Part shown: one piece after another, positions 29,714 to 40,783 of the stretch
Layout: the number at the start of each line of letters is the position of its first letter
Position numbering within the stretch: position 1 is the stretch's first letter
NCBI GenBank assembly: GCA_030018355.1
Contig: JASEFN010000005.1
Span: 3,712-67,711 of the forward strand
Direction: 5' to 3'
Origin: Caldisericia bacterium
GTDB taxonomy: Bacteria > Caldisericota > Caldisericia > B22-G15
DNA length: 64,000 bases
Program-made: the position numbers and the translations under genes
The notes under the pieces: model-generated
The model's database searches: none
Told to the model about the DNA's origin: nothing
The model's input: only the letters and a program-made list of their open reading frames with translations

Positions 29714-30833
29714 AATTTGAAAAAACTTCGTTACTGATTAATATTCCTTCAGTTGTTAATCTTATATTTTCTTTGTATTTTTTAATAAGCCCACTTTTTT
29801 CTAAATTTAATAATCTCTTATAAGTAATTTCATTTATTTTTCCAAATTTATCTTCAAACTTTTTTAAATTAACTCCTTCTATTTTTCTTAATGACAATAC
29901 AAAAAGTAAATTTTTCAGTTTTTCTTCATTAATACAATAAACTTTTGTGTATGGTTTTTTATTAAAACTTAAAGATTTGAAATAAAAAAATAGATCTCCA
30001 TTTTTTAAATAAAAATTTTTTATAAAACTAAAAGATTTTGGTCCAAAACCTAAATATTCTCCCCCATTCCAATAATTTAAATTATGAATTGATTCAAATC
30101 CTTTCTTTGCAAAATTTGAAATTTCATACTGTATATAACCATTACTCTCTAAGAAATTTTTAATCATTAAATAACCTCTTTTCTCTTTAATTTTATTCCA
30201 TGATTTAATTTCGCCTTTCATTAAATTAAAATAGATTCTTGTATCTTCATGATATTCTAAAGAATATAAAGAGATATGTTCTGGATTAAGTAATAAAGTA
30301 TTTTTTAAGGTTTCCTCTAAATCTTTTAAATTCTCATTTGGTATACCCAAAATTAAATCAATGTTTATATTGTTAAAGCCTACTTCCCTTAAAATTTTAT
30401 AAGAATCAAAAATTTTCTTTTTATTATGAGTCCTTCCTAAAATTTTAAGAGAATCTTCTTTAAATGTCTGCACACCAACACTAATTCTATTTACTCCAAT
30501 GTTTATTAAACTTTTGAATTTCTCAAGAGTAACTGTCTCTGGATTAACCTCTAAGGTTATTTCTTTAATCTCTTCAGTATTAAAATTTTTATTTAAGAAT
30601 TCTAAAATTAAATTAAAATCGTTTTCATCAAGTAAGGATGGCGTTCCACCACCAAAATATATGGTATTTATTTTACGATTACTAAGTAAATCTTGATTTA
30701 CAGAAATTTCTTTAATTAAACAATTAATAAACTTTTGTTTAATTTGTTCATTATATTTCACTGAATAAAAACTACAATAATTACATTTTTTTATACAAAA
30801 AGGTATGTGAAAATATAAAGAAATGCCTTTCAT
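29706..30833 (-). CDS. hemW: Radical SAM heme chaperone HemW (HemN-like)
   Basis: HIPFC..KCNYC, FGGGTPS, QYEISN, HNLNYW; lepA-hemW-hrcA synteny. Confidence 0.92.
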   Translation of the reverse strand: MKGISLYFHIPFCIKKCNYCSFYSVKYNEQIKQKFINCLIKEISVNQDLLSNRKINTIYFGGGTPSLLDENDFNLILEFLNKNFNTEEIKEITLEVNPETVTLEKFKSLINIGVNRISVGVQTFKEDSLKILGRTHNKKKIFDSYKILREVGFNNINIDLILGIPNENLKDLEETLKNTLLLNPEHISLYSLEYHEDTRIYFNLMKGEIKSWNKIKEKRGYLMIKNFLESNGYIQYEISNFAKKGFESIHNLNYWNGGEYLGFGPKSFSFIKNFYLKNGDLFFYFKSLSFNKKPYTKVYCINEEKLKNLLFVLSLRKIEGVNLKKFEDKFGKINEITYKRLLNLEKSGLIKKYKENIRLTTEGILISNEVFSNLI

Positions 30834-32608
30834 TCAACTTCCGTTATTGAAAGAAAAGCCTCTTGAGGTATTTCAACATTTCCTATCATTTTCATTCTTT
30901 TTTTGCCCTCCTTTTGTTTTTCAAGTAGTTTCTTTTTTCTAGTAACATCTCCACCATAACACTTCTGTAAAACATCTTTTCTCAATGGAGCAATGGATTC
31001 TCTTGCAATTATTTTTCCTTGAACTTTTGCTTGTAAAACAACTTCAAAAAGTTGTTTAGGTATAAAGCCCCTCATTTTATTCAATATCTCTTTTGCTTTT
31101 CTATACGCTTCATCTTTATATGCAATGAACGAGAGAGCATCAACAAGTTTACCATTAACGACAATATCGACTTTTGTTAAATCGCCTTTCTCCCAAGTGT
31201 CAATAGTGTAGTCAAAAGTACCAAATCCTTTTGTAACAGATTTTAAATCATCAAAGAATTTATAAATAATTTTTGAAAATGGTATTTTTGCTTCTATAAT
31301 TACTCTATTAGGATCTATATAGATCATATTTAAAAACTTACCTCTCCTTATCTCAATTAATTTTAAAACATCTCCAATAAAATCTTTTGGTGTAATTATC
31401 TTAACTAAAGCAATTGGTTCTAAAATCTCTTTTATTTTAGACTCTTCTGGAAATTTTGATGGATTTGTAATTTCTATCTCCTCACCGTCTTTTAAAATAA
31501 TTTTATATTTTGTTGAAGGATAAGTTATAACAATACTTTCACCAAATTCTCTTTCTAGTCTCTCTTCAACAATTTCTAAATGAAGAGATCCAAGAAAACC
31601 ACATCTAAAACCAGGACCAAGTTGAGATGAATCCTCTGGTTCAAAAACAAAACCTGGATCATTTAAATATAATTTTTCAATTGATTTACGCAAAGATTCA
31701 AAACCTTGAGGTAATGTTGGATAAATTGATGCAAAAACAACAGGTTTTAAAACTTTAAACCCAGGAAGAGGTTCAACATTTGGATATTTATAATCAACAA
31801 CTGTATCTCCAACCCTTATATCTTTAGGATCTCTGATTAATGCTGCAAAATAACCAACTTCACCTGAATTTAACTCATTTGTTTCTTTAAGATCTAATTC
31901 AAATATTCCAACTTCAATTACTTCAAAAACTTTTTTAGTTGAATATAGCATTATTTTCATTCCTTTTTTAATTTTTCCTTCAAAAACTCTTATATGAACA
32001 ATAACCCCTTTGTATTTATCATAATGAGAATCAAAAATTAATGCTTTAAGTGGAGAATCTTTTCTAATTAGAGGAGAGGGTATTTCATTTACTACTCTAT
32101 CAAGCAACTCTTTAACGCCAATCCCACTTTTTGCACTAACAAGAGAAATGTTTTTCTCATTTGTTAGATTAAAAATTTCCTCTTTTACTTCTTCAATTCT
32201 TGAATTTGGTAAATCTATTTTATTGATAACAGGAATTATTTTGAGATTATTTTCTTTTGCTAAATAATAGTGAGAAAGAGTTTGAGCCTCAACTCCTTGT
32301 GTTGCATCAACAAGAAGAATTGCTCCTTCACACGCAGCTAAACTTCTTGATACTTCGTAACTAAAATCTACATGTCCAGGAGTATCTATTAAATTAAGAA
32401 TAAATTCCTCGCCTCCTTTTTTATAAATAAGTCTAACAGGGTGGGCTTTTATTGTAATTCCTCTTTCTCTTTCTAAGGACATTTGATCCAATGCTTGACC
32501 TTCTTTTAAAAGCGGAGACATTAAACCACACAATTCAAGAAATCTATCACACAATGTTGATTTACCATGATCGATATGGGCTATTACAGAAAAGTTTCTT
32601 ATGTTCAT
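30830..32608 (-). CDS. lepA: Elongation factor 4 (LepA)
   Basis: IRNFSVIAHIDHGKST, DTPGHVDF, GFLGSLH, CYGGDVTRK. Confidence 0.97.
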   Translation of the reverse strand: MNIRNFSVIAHIDHGKSTLCDRFLELCGLMSPLLKEGQALDQMSLERERGITIKAHPVRLIYKKGGEEFILNLIDTPGHVDFSYEVSRSLAACEGAILLVDATQGVEAQTLSHYYLAKENNLKIIPVINKIDLPNSRIEEVKEEIFNLTNEKNISLVSAKSGIGVKELLDRVVNEIPSPLIRKDSPLKALIFDSHYDKYKGVIVHIRVFEGKIKKGMKIMLYSTKKVFEVIEVGIFELDLKETNELNSGEVGYFAALIRDPKDIRVGDTVVDYKYPNVEPLPGFKVLKPVVFASIYPTLPQGFESLRKSIEKLYLNDPGFVFEPEDSSQLGPGFRCGFLGSLHLEIVEERLEREFGESIVITYPSTKYKIILKDGEEIEITNPSKFPEESKIKEILEPIALVKIITPKDFIGDVLKLIEIRRGKFLNMIYIDPNRVIIEAKIPFSKIIYKFFDDLKSVTKGFGTFDYTIDTWEKGDLTKVDIVVNGKLVDALSFIAYKDEAYRKAKEILNKMRGFIPKQLFEVVLQAKVQGKIIARESIAPLRKDVLQKCYGGDVTRKKKLLEKQKEGKKRMKMIGNVEIPQEAFLSITEVE

Positions 32609-32617
32609 AATTTATTA

Positions 32618-32626
32618 ATTATAGCA
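32618..32626 (-). promoter_or_regulatory. Extended -10 element for lepA (very short leader)
   Basis: TGCTATAAT, 9 nt before ATG 32608; no SD. Confidence 0.65.
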
Positions 32627-32636
32627 TAAAATATAG

Positions 32637-32642
32637 TATAAT
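32637..32642 (+). promoter_or_regulatory. -10 box of a probably leaderless divergent hydrolase gene
   Basis: TATAAT, 7 nt before ATG 32650; no SD; -35 weak. Confidence 0.5.
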
Positions 32643-32649
32643 ATGACTT

Positions 32650-33021
32650 ATGATTTTGCCAACACATTACACATTTTCAATTTTTATTCTATCTTTAATT
32701 AAAAAAGATCCTTCAATTTTTTTATACGCAACATTCTCTTTGCTTCCAGATTTAGATATAAAATTAAAAGATCATCGAAGATTTTTACATTCCTTTTTAT
32801 TTTGTTTTTTAATTTTAATAATTTTTAGAAATAATTTAATATTCATTCCATATTTCTCTCATATTTTTTTAGATTATTTCACTTATACCCCTTTAACATT
32901 ACTTTGGCCATATAAAGGAAAATACTCATTGAGATTGATTAAAAGTGGAAGTATAATTGATAAATTATTAACAGTTTTATTTTTAATTCTTTTTTTGCTT
33001 AACTATTTTCTTTTAAAATGA
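32650..33021 (+). CDS. Membrane-associated metal-dependent hydrolase (YdjM/DUF457-like)
   Basis: H near N-terminus, LLPDLD, HRRFLHS, SHIFLD, LLWP. Confidence 0.8.
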   Translation: MILPTHYTFSIFILSLIKKDPSIFLYATFSLLPDLDIKLKDHRRFLHSFLFCFLILIIFRNNLIFIPYFSHIFLDYFTYTPLTLLWPYKGKYSLRLIKSGSIIDKLLTVLFLILFLLNYFLLK

Positions 33022-35173
33022 AACCTAAAAAATTTTGGTCTTTTTCCACATAAGGTCTAAAAATCTCAAGAAAGAAAGTATCTAAAATTAAAATGTAATA
33101 ATTTGATTTTTCTTTAAATCTAAATTCTGCAAAATTTAAAAGGGCATCCTTTGGTAAAAAATTTGTTGAATCATAAATTTTATAAATTTTATTTTCTTTT
33201 AAAAGATAGTAATTTCCTTTATCATTTACAAAAAAACCATCAAAAGAACCAATTTTATCTTTATAATGAATGAATTTTTCATCGTAAATCAAATATACTT
33301 TAATTCCTCTTAATATAAATTCTTTATCATATTTAGTTAGATAAGTAATATCTACATTTTTATCAAAAAGAAGATATTTTGATTTATTAAAAATAAGGTC
33401 TCTAAACAAATTATTTAAGTTATCTTTATAAAAAATTATCTTTTCATTATTTTCATTTATATAACCCTCAATTATAACTTCTTTGCTTTTTTCTATCCAT
33501 GAAACAAGAAAATTTAAAACTTCACTTAATATTCTAACAGGAAGATATGTTCTGCCATCTTTTAAAACTACAGATGAATCAATAAAATGTTCAAAACCAT
33601 TAACTAAAAGTTTGTTTTTATTCACATATAAATTGACAGTTATGTTTTTATTTTTTAAAATAATCTCTCCATTATTCCATACAACTTCATATCCAAGTGT
33701 TTCTGCTATAATTCTAACTGGCACCATTGTTCTTCCATTTAACAAAAATGGAGAGGTGTCCATATTTTTCTTAATTCCATCAATAAAATATTCCTTTTCT
33801 CCGATTTTGAATTTTATAGTATTAAATAATCTTAAACTCTCTTTATCTAATAAGAGTGAAATGCCTTTTAAATAAATAGTTATTTGACTTTTATCTGTTG
33901 AAAATATAAATTTCTCTTTTATATTTATCATTTTAGTAATAGGTATTTCTTTTATTATAATCTCAAAATTAAAATTCTTTGTATATTCATAAAATTTATC
34001 AAGTGAAATAAAATTGATTTCATATTTTAAAACATCAATACTATTTATTTTAATTTCAACTGGTAAAAATGTTCCAAGTCTAAATAAAGAAAAATTAACA
34101 TTTTCTTCTTTGCATATTTTTATTAATTTCTCAAGGTTTTCATGATTATCATTTGCTTGTATACCACATAAAATTTTTGATGAAACTTTTTTCTTTGTAT
34201 TTTTTATAATTTCTCTTACCCAATCTAAATTTTTTTCATAATTTTTATGATATGCTAATGGAGATACAAAATCTGATATCTCTGATAATTTTTTATAATC
34301 TTGTCCAAAATGTAAAAACCCATAAGGAAAAGAGTCTTTTCCACCTTCTTTATAAGATAAAAAAGATGAACCACTTTGAATTAATGTAACTGAAAAGAGG
34401 ATATCTTTTGAAATTGATTTAACAAATCCACTTATTTCTGAGGCAAATTTTGTTATAATTTCACTTCGTGCTTTTGATAACAATATAACATCTTTATCTT
34501 TATTATCATAAAGAGTAAATATATCCACATTTTTTCTAAAAAAATCAAGAATTCTTTCCCAATTTCCCCCATAGGATATAAAAATATTTTTTAAATTATC
34601 ATCATATCCATAATTTATATTTGGATATCTTATATAATCTAATTGAATTCCTTGAGCATCATAATGATAAATTAATTCTTGGACAATTACTTTTATATAA
34701 TTTAAATATTTATTGCTACTTAAATTAACAACTTTTAGATCCTTATCAGGGTAGGGGTAAAGATTATTTTTATCTGGTGAAAGAAAGGAGGCTTCTTTTG
34801 GATTATCTTTTAAAAATTTAGGATCATAAGCAATAGGTATATAGTAATGAATTTTGATTTCAAACTTTTCAAAAATTTTTAAAATTTTTAAAAGTGTTGC
34901 TTCATATTTTTTATATAAAAGTTCTCCATTGATATCTTTTGCTAGTATAAAAACATTTTTTATGTCTCTTTTTAAAAGAAATTTACATAAATTGTATATT
35001 TCTTCTTCTGAAGAGTTGTTGAATGTATTAATATGAATCCAAATTCCATTTCCAAAATCATAATTATTAAATAAATACAATTTTTTAGAAATAGTTAAGT
35101 TTTGAAAAAATAAAGAGATAAAAATAAATATTATTATTATAAATATTAATAAATTTTTAGTAAATTTTCTCAT
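32999..35173 (-). CDS. Exported GHL10-like glycoside hydrolase with copper amine oxidase N-terminal (stalk) domain
   Basis: N-terminal TM/signal, GIQLDYIRYP, SPLAY; stalk motifs GRTMVPVRIIAE and GRTYLPVR..SE. Confidence 0.75.
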   Translation of the reverse strand: MRKFTKNLLIFIIIIFIFISLFFQNLTISKKLYLFNNYDFGNGIWIHINTFNNSSEEEIYNLCKFLLKRDIKNVFILAKDINGELLYKKYEATLLKILKIFEKFEIKIHYYIPIAYDPKFLKDNPKEASFLSPDKNNLYPYPDKDLKVVNLSSNKYLNYIKVIVQELIYHYDAQGIQLDYIRYPNINYGYDDNLKNIFISYGGNWERILDFFRKNVDIFTLYDNKDKDVILLSKARSEIITKFASEISGFVKSISKDILFSVTLIQSGSSFLSYKEGGKDSFPYGFLHFGQDYKKLSEISDFVSPLAYHKNYEKNLDWVREIIKNTKKKVSSKILCGIQANDNHENLEKLIKICKEENVNFSLFRLGTFLPVEIKINSIDVLKYEINFISLDKFYEYTKNFNFEIIIKEIPITKMINIKEKFIFSTDKSQITIYLKGISLLLDKESLRLFNTIKFKIGEKEYFIDGIKKNMDTSPFLLNGRTMVPVRIIAETLGYEVVWNNGEIILKNKNITVNLYVNKNKLLVNGFEHFIDSSVVLKDGRTYLPVRILSEVLNFLVSWIEKSKEVIIEGYINENNEKIIFYKDNLNNLFRDLIFNKSKYLLFDKNVDITYLTKYDKEFILRGIKVYLIYDEKFIHYKDKIGSFDGFFVNDKGNYYLLKENKIYKIYDSTNFLPKDALLNFAEFRFKEKSNYYILILDTFFLEIFRPYVEKDQNFLGFILKENS

Positions 35174-35849
35174 TTTGAGTTAGATATTTAATAGCTTCAT
35201 TTGCTGCTCTTTTTTCAGCCTCCTTTTTACTTTTACCCTCACCAATTCCAATAATTTTATCGTTGATAAACACTCCAACTACATAAGTTTTGTCATGTTC
35301 CAATCCCTTTATTTCCAATACAGAATATTTTGGTAATAATTCAAATTTTTTTTGGGTAATTTCTTGAAGATATGTTTTACTGTCTGAAATTTTTTCAATT
35401 ATAATAAAGTTCATTAATTTATTTATTATTTTTCTTGGTGTTCTTAAACCTGAATCAAGATACAAAGCACCAATAAATGATTCAAAAGCATCGCATAAAA
35501 TATTTTCTTTTTCTCTTCCTCCGCTTTTCTCCTCTCCTTTTCCCAATGTGATATATTCATTAATTTTTAATATTTTAGCAAATTTTGAAAGTGTTTCTTT
35601 GCTAATTAATATTGCTTTATATTTAGCAAGTACTCCTTCAGAAACATTTCTATATTTTTTAAAAACTCTTTCGGTAATTAAAAAATTTATTATTGAATCA
35701 CCAAGAAATTCAAGTCTTTCAAAACTTATAGGAGGCTCAAAATTCTCTTTTGATGTATGGACAAGGGATCTTATGATAAGTTGTTTATTTTTTATTTTTA
35801 TTTTATAATTATTTTCAATAAAACTTATAAAATCATCAATTGAACTCAC
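35157..35849 (-). CDS. rnc: Ribonuclease III
   Basis: ERLEFLGDS, DAFESFIGALYLD, dsRBD; GTG start. Confidence 0.96.
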   Translation of the reverse strand: MSSIDDFISFIENNYKIKIKNKQLIIRSLVHTSKENFEPPISFERLEFLGDSIINFLITERVFKKYRNVSEGVLAKYKAILISKETLSKFAKILKINEYITLGKGEEKSGGREKENILCDAFESFIGALYLDSGLRTPRKIINKLMNFIIIEKISDSKTYLQEITQKKFELLPKYSVLEIKGLEHDKTYVVGVFINDKIIGIGEGKSKKEAEKRAANEAIKYLTQNEKIY

Positions 35850-36816
35850 TTTTCAATTTCTCAACAAGCCTTAATTCTACAAGATTCTTAGCCATTTTTA
35901 TAGCATTTTTAATAGCCACTCTTTTTGATCTTCCATGGCAAACAAGAACAGTTCCATTAACACCTAAAATTGGGCTACCTCCATACTTTTCATAGTTAAA
36001 TTTATCAAAATTATTTTTAAATTCATTTTTAACAAGTAAATAAGATAGTTTTGTTATTAAATTTTTACTAAAAATATTTCTTATCAATGAAAGAAAAAGA
36101 GATGCTTCACCCTCCAAAGTTTTTAAAGCAACATTTCCCACAAATCCATCAGTAACACATACATCAAAATTACCGTACAAAAAATCTTTTCCCTCCATGT
36201 TCCCCACGAATTCATCTGAAAAATGATCTTTTAATAATTTATAGACTTCTTTTGTAAAATTATTTCCTTTCTCTTCCTCTTCACCAATATTTAATAGTCC
36301 GATTTTAATCTCTTTTTTTCCAGTAATTAACTTCGAAAAAATTTTACCCATTTGTGCCCAATGTAAAAGATGTTGTGGTTCAGAATCAACATTTGCACCC
36401 GCATCAACAAGAATTAAAAATCCTTTAAGAGTTGGTATTATAGCAGATTGAGTTGGTCTTATAAAATCTTTTATTTTTCCTAATATAAAATATGATGATG
36501 TTAAAATTGCTCCAGTATTTCCAGCAGAAACAAAAGCATCACCATATCCTTCTTTTAAAAGAGTGATACCTTTATTTATAGATGAATCTTTTTTTCTTCT
36601 AAATGCCATAACTGGTTTATCTTCCATAGTGACAACTTCTTCTGCATGAATAATTTCAAATTTTTTTTCTTCTTCTTGTATTAAATATTTTTCAATTTCG
36701 CTTTTTTTTCCAACAAGAACTATATCAATATTTAATTCTTCTTTTGCTAATTTCGCCCCCTCTATTATCTCATGGGGGGCATAATCTCCCCCCATTGCAT
36801 CTAAAATAATTTTCAC
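35836..36816 (-). CDS. plsX: Phosphate acyltransferase PlsX
   Basis: DAMGGDYAP, SAGNTGA, LLNIGEE, DGFVGN, CHGRS. Confidence 0.96.
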   Translation of the reverse strand: MKIILDAMGGDYAPHEIIEGAKLAKEELNIDIVLVGKKSEIEKYLIQEEEKKFEIIHAEEVVTMEDKPVMAFRRKKDSSINKGITLLKEGYGDAFVSAGNTGAILTSSYFILGKIKDFIRPTQSAIIPTLKGFLILVDAGANVDSEPQHLLHWAQMGKIFSKLITGKKEIKIGLLNIGEEEEKGNNFTKEVYKLLKDHFSDEFVGNMEGKDFLYGNFDVCVTDGFVGNVALKTLEGEASLFLSLIRNIFSKNLITKLSYLLVKNEFKNNFDKFNYEKYGGSPILGVNGTVLVCHGRSKRVAIKNAIKMAKNLVELRLVEKLKSEFN

Positions 36817-37001
36817 TCCTCCACCTCTTTTGCAACAATCTCTCTTCCCTTATAATATCCACAATAAGGACATACCCTATGTGGAACAATAAGTTCATGA
36901 CAATGTGGACACTCAACTAAATTTACATTTGGTGGTTTATAAAAGTATGCCCTTCTCATTCTAACTCTTGACTTACTTTTTTTCTTTTTTGGAACTCCCA
37001 T
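36813..37001 (-). CDS. rpmF: 50S ribosomal protein L32 (four-Cys zinc form)
   Basis: MGVPKKKKSK...CPHC...HRVCPYCGYY. Confidence 0.96.
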   Translation of the reverse strand: MGVPKKKKSKSRVRMRRAYFYKPPNVNLVECPHCHELIVPHRVCPYCGYYKGREIVAKEVEE

Positions 37002-37025
37002 ATAAACTACCTCCTTTGCTTTAAA

Positions 37026-38159
37026 TTAAGTTTCAAATAAAATGGTGACTACTTTTGTATCTGGATTCCAAAGTACCTTTCCTCCTAAAAATTCAGATAC
37101 AAACCTTACAGGAACAACTGTTCTTCCCTTTAAAGTGTAAGGTGCCACATCTATTGAATAAAAAACACCATTCATTCTAACATAATTTTTATTCTGGTCA
37201 ACCCATAATTCTATATAAATATCATTGAAAATAATTATTGCCTTACTTTCATCTTTTACCCAAATAACTTGAGCGCCTCTATGTTCTGAAATAAATCTTA
37301 ATGGAACCATAGTTCTTCCTTTCTCGATAAAAGGAGGGAAGGGTAAAAGATATGGATTATCATTCACATAGGCTACTTGATTTCCAATTTGTAGTACTAT
37401 TTTTATATTTGAGGGTTTTTCAAATTTTACACTAATTACACCATTTCCACCATTGCTTTCAATAAAGATTTTTCCTTCTTCTAAACTCTCTTTTTTTATT
37501 GCAACATAAATTATATTATTATTTCCTTCAAAATTGGTATTTTTTAAAACTATCCAATCATCGTTTGTATATATTTTGCCTTTAATTACTCCTTTGCCAA
37601 TGTTTGTTATTTTTATTTCAAGAACTTCATCTTTATTTTTGAAAATAAGAACTTCAGGTTCATATTTTAATATTGGGACATCTTGGAGTTTAGGCGAAAT
37701 ATTAAGGTCAAGGGTTTTAAAATTTATATTATTTAAATTATTATCTTTAAGAACTACTTCTTTAAATTTTAAAAAAGTTTTGTTTTTTTCCTTTAAAATA
37801 AATTTTATATAAAAAAGTACTCCACTACCACTTATTCCTAACACATTTCCTCTTCTTGCACCACCAATAATTATTTCTCTTCTTTCTAAATCAATCTTAG
37901 ATAAAAAGAGAGTTTGAGTATCTTTTTTTAAAAATTCGCCTTCAATAACCTCTAATATTTTTAAATTTTCTGGTTCAAATTCAATGTAAATAGAAAATCC
38001 ATATAAATTTTTTACATTCTCAATTTTAACAGGAATAACTATTTCTTCGTTTGTTAAAATTTCTAAATTTGAATTTCCAAAAGAAATTAATGTCTCTTGA
38101 GAAATAAATGAAATGTTTAAAAATGTTAATATTATAAATAAAAAAATTAACTTTTTCAT
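37026..38159 (-). CDS. Secreted cohesin - BACON-like - stalk domain protein
   Basis: Signal peptide; cohesin NLYGF...SGSGVLF.IKF; ITNIGKG..W...ESNGG; [12 protein letters not shown] / [12 protein letters not shown]. Confidence 0.75.
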   Translation of the reverse strand: MKKLIFLFIILTFLNISFISQETLISFGNSNLEILTNEEIVIPVKIENVKNLYGFSIYIEFEPENLKILEVIEGEFLKKDTQTLFLSKIDLERREIIIGGARRGNVLGISGSGVLFYIKFILKEKNKTFLKFKEVVLKDNNLNNINFKTLDLNISPKLQDVPILKYEPEVLIFKNKDEVLEIKITNIGKGVIKGKIYTNDDWIVLKNTNFEGNNNIIYVAIKKESLEEGKIFIESNGGNGVISVKFEKPSNIKIVLQIGNQVAYVNDNPYLLPFPPFIEKGRTMVPLRFISEHRGAQVIWVKDESKAIIIFNDIYIELWVDQNKNYVRMNGVFYSIDVAPYTLKGRTVVPVRFVSEFLGGKVLWNPDTKVVTILFET

Positions 38160-40645
38160 TGTTCTGTAACTATGTTAATAATTTTATTTTTTATATAAAT
38201 AGTTTTCTTAATTTTTTTATTTTCAAAATATTTTTTAAATTTAGTATCATCCATTATTATTTTCTCTACCTCTTTTTCATCAAGATCTCTATTTATTTTA
38301 ATTCTTCCTCTAACCTTACCATCAACTTCAACCACTATCTCAACGACTTCCCTTTTTAATATTTCTTCATCATATGAAGGCCATTGTTGAAGATGCACGC
38401 TCTCTTTATTACCTAATTTTTCCCACATTTCTTCTGAGATAAATGGTGCAAAAACAGAGAGCATTAAAATAAAGTTTTTAAATACTTTTTCTAAAAGTGT
38501 TAAATTTATTGTTTTTTCATTGTTCATATAGTCTTGAATTGAGTTTGTTAACTCCATTAAAGCTGCAATTGCTGTGTTAAATCTAAAATTATTCTCAATA
38601 TTATCAGTTACTTTTTTAATTGTCTCATTAAGTTTAATTTCTAATTCTTTATCCATCTCAATATCTATTTCAAACTTATTCTCTTTTTTCTCCCTAAGTT
38701 CGAGAAATCTATTGAAAAGTCTCCACACTCTATTTACATATCTACTCATACCTTCAATACCTCTATCTGTCCAATCAGCATCAAGTTCTGGAGGAGCAAT
38801 AAAAAGAATAAATAATCTTTCAGCATCAACTCCATATTTTTTTATAATTTCATCTGGTGAAACCACATTCCCTTTAGATTTAGACATTGCACTACCATTA
38901 TATAGAACCATTCCCTGAGTAAAAAGATTTTTAAAAGGTTCTTTGAAGTTTATATACCCTTTACTATAAAGAAATTTTGTAAAAAATCTCGAATAGAGTA
39001 AATGCAAAATTGCATGTTCAACACCACCAATATATTGATCCACTGGCATCCAATAATCAACATATTTCTTATCAAATGGAAAATCTTGAGGATTTTTTAA
39101 ACTATTTGGTGCTGTAAATCTTAAAAAATACCATGATGAGCAAACAAAAGTATCCATTGTTTCAGTTTCTCTTTTTGCTTTACCTCCACATTTTGGACAT
39201 GTTGTATTAACCCAAGATTCAGCAGTTTCAAGAGGATTTTTTCCCTCAATTCCAAAATTAACATCTTTTTCATCTGGTAGTAAAACTGGGAGATCTTCAT
39301 ATGGAACTGGAACTGCTCCACATTTTTCACAATTAATGATTGGAATTGGAGCACCCCAATATCTTTGTCTTGATATTAACCAATCTCTTAATCTATATCT
39401 TATAACTCGTTTTCCCAATCCTTTTTCTTCTATATATTCACTTATTCTTTTCTTTCCTTCATTTGATGGAATACCTGAAAAGATATCTGAATTCACAATA
39501 ATTCCCTCTTCTTCATAGGCTTCATTCATAGTTTTTTCGTCTAAACTAAAATCCTTATTTTGAATGACAATTTTAATTGGGAGCCCATATTTTTTTGCAA
39601 AATCAAAATCTCTAGAATCATGAGCTGGAACTCCCATTATTGCACCTTTTCCATATTGATAGACAACATAGTTTGCAACAAAAATTGGAATTTTCTCATG
39701 ACTTAAAGGATTTATTGCATAACTGTTTAAAAATAAACCCTCTTTTGTTAACTCAGTTGAAACTCTATCTATTTCACTTAATTTTAAAACATTTTCTTTA
39801 AATCTCTTAAATTCTTCATATAAATCATTTTTTAAAGCAAGTTTTTCAGAAAGTGGATGTTCTGGTGCTAAAGCCATAAAAGTTGTGCCATAAATTGTAT
39901 CTGGTCTTGTTGTAAATATATCTATTTTTTCATCAAAATCTAATACAGGAAATGATATGTCTACTCCTTCACTTCTTCCAATCCAGTTTCTCTGCATTAC
40001 TTTTACTTTTTCAGGCCAATTTTCAAGTAAATCTAAATCGTTAAGTAATTCTTCAGCAAAATGAGTTATTTTAAAATACCATTGTTCTAACTCTCTCTTT
40101 TCGACAAGTGTACCACATCTCCAGCATTTTCCACTTATAACCTGTTCATTAGCAAGAACCGTTTTACATTTTGGACAATAATTTACAAATGCTTTGTCTT
40201 TATAAGCAAGTCCAGAATTATAAAGTTCAAGGAAAAACCATTGGGTAAATTTATAATAATTGGGATCACATGTTGCTATTTCTCTATCCCAATCATATGA
40301 ATTCCCTTGCTTTATTAATTGAGATTTCATTATACTTATATTTTTATAAGTCCATTCTTTTGGAGAAATTCCTCTTTGAATTGCTGCATTCTCAGCTGGA
40401 AGTCCAAATGCATCCCACCCCATAGGATGCAATACATTATAACCCCTCATTCTTTTGTATCTAGCAACCACATCTCCTAGAGTATAGTTTCTTACATGTC
40501 CCATGTGAAGTGGACCAGATGGATATGGAAACATTTCTAATACATAATACTTTGGTTTATTATAATCATATTTAGAATATAATCTTTCTTCTTCCCATCT
40601 TTTAATCCACTTTTCTTCAATTTCAGAAAAATTATAATATTCCAT
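38156..40645 (-). CDS. leuS: Leucine--tRNA ligase
   Basis: [32 protein letters not shown]. Start ATG 40645 behind GGAGG; the track extension runs through a tRNA. Confidence 0.97.
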   Translation of the reverse strand: MEYYNFSEIEEKWIKRWEEERLYSKYDYNKPKYYVLEMFPYPSGPLHMGHVRNYTLGDVVARYKRMRGYNVLHPMGWDAFGLPAENAAIQRGISPKEWTYKNISIMKSQLIKQGNSYDWDREIATCDPNYYKFTQWFFLELYNSGLAYKDKAFVNYCPKCKTVLANEQVISGKCWRCGTLVEKRELEQWYFKITHFAEELLNDLDLLENWPEKVKVMQRNWIGRSEGVDISFPVLDFDEKIDIFTTRPDTIYGTTFMALAPEHPLSEKLALKNDLYEEFKRFKENVLKLSEIDRVSTELTKEGLFLNSYAINPLSHEKIPIFVANYVVYQYGKGAIMGVPAHDSRDFDFAKKYGLPIKIVIQNKDFSLDEKTMNEAYEEEGIIVNSDIFSGIPSNEGKKRISEYIEEKGLGKRVIRYRLRDWLISRQRYWGAPIPIINCEKCGAVPVPYEDLPVLLPDEKDVNFGIEGKNPLETAESWVNTTCPKCGGKAKRETETMDTFVCSSWYFLRFTAPNSLKNPQDFPFDKKYVDYWMPVDQYIGGVEHAILHLLYSRFFTKFLYSKGYINFKEPFKNLFTQGMVLYNGSAMSKSKGNVVSPDEIIKKYGVDAERLFILFIAPPELDADWTDRGIEGMSRYVNRVWRLFNRFLELREKKENKFEIDIEMDKELEIKLNETIKKVTDNIENNFRFNTAIAALMELTNSIQDYMNNEKTINLTLLEKVFKNFILMLSVFAPFISEEMWEKLGNKESVHLQQWPSYDEEILKREVVEIVVEVDGKVRGRIKINRDLDEKEVEKIIMDDTKFKKYFENKKIKKTIYIKNKIINIVTEQ

Positions 40646-40665
40646 TAATACTCCTCCATGGAACA

Positions 40666-40741
40666 TGGTGGAGCAGACGGGACTCGAACCCGCGACCTTC
40701 TCCATGCCATAGAGACGCTCTCCCAACTGAGCTACTGCCCC
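40666..40741 (-). tRNA. tRNA-Ala(GGC)
   Basis: Cloverleaf, G3-U70 pair, A32-U38, anticodon GGC, encoded CCA. Confidence 0.96.
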
Positions 40742-40754
40742 TTTTATCTAAATC

Positions 40755-40783
40755 ATTATATTTTTTATTTGAAAATCTGTCAA
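40755..40783 (-). promoter_or_regulatory. Consensus sigma70 promoter for the tRNA-Ala-leuS operon
   Basis: TTGACA-N17-TATAAT. Confidence 0.85.

Noticed and set aside
40646-40726. 27-aa N-terminal extension of LeuS in the ORF track
   Set aside because: It runs through tRNA-Ala(GGC); a proper SD precedes ATG 40645.
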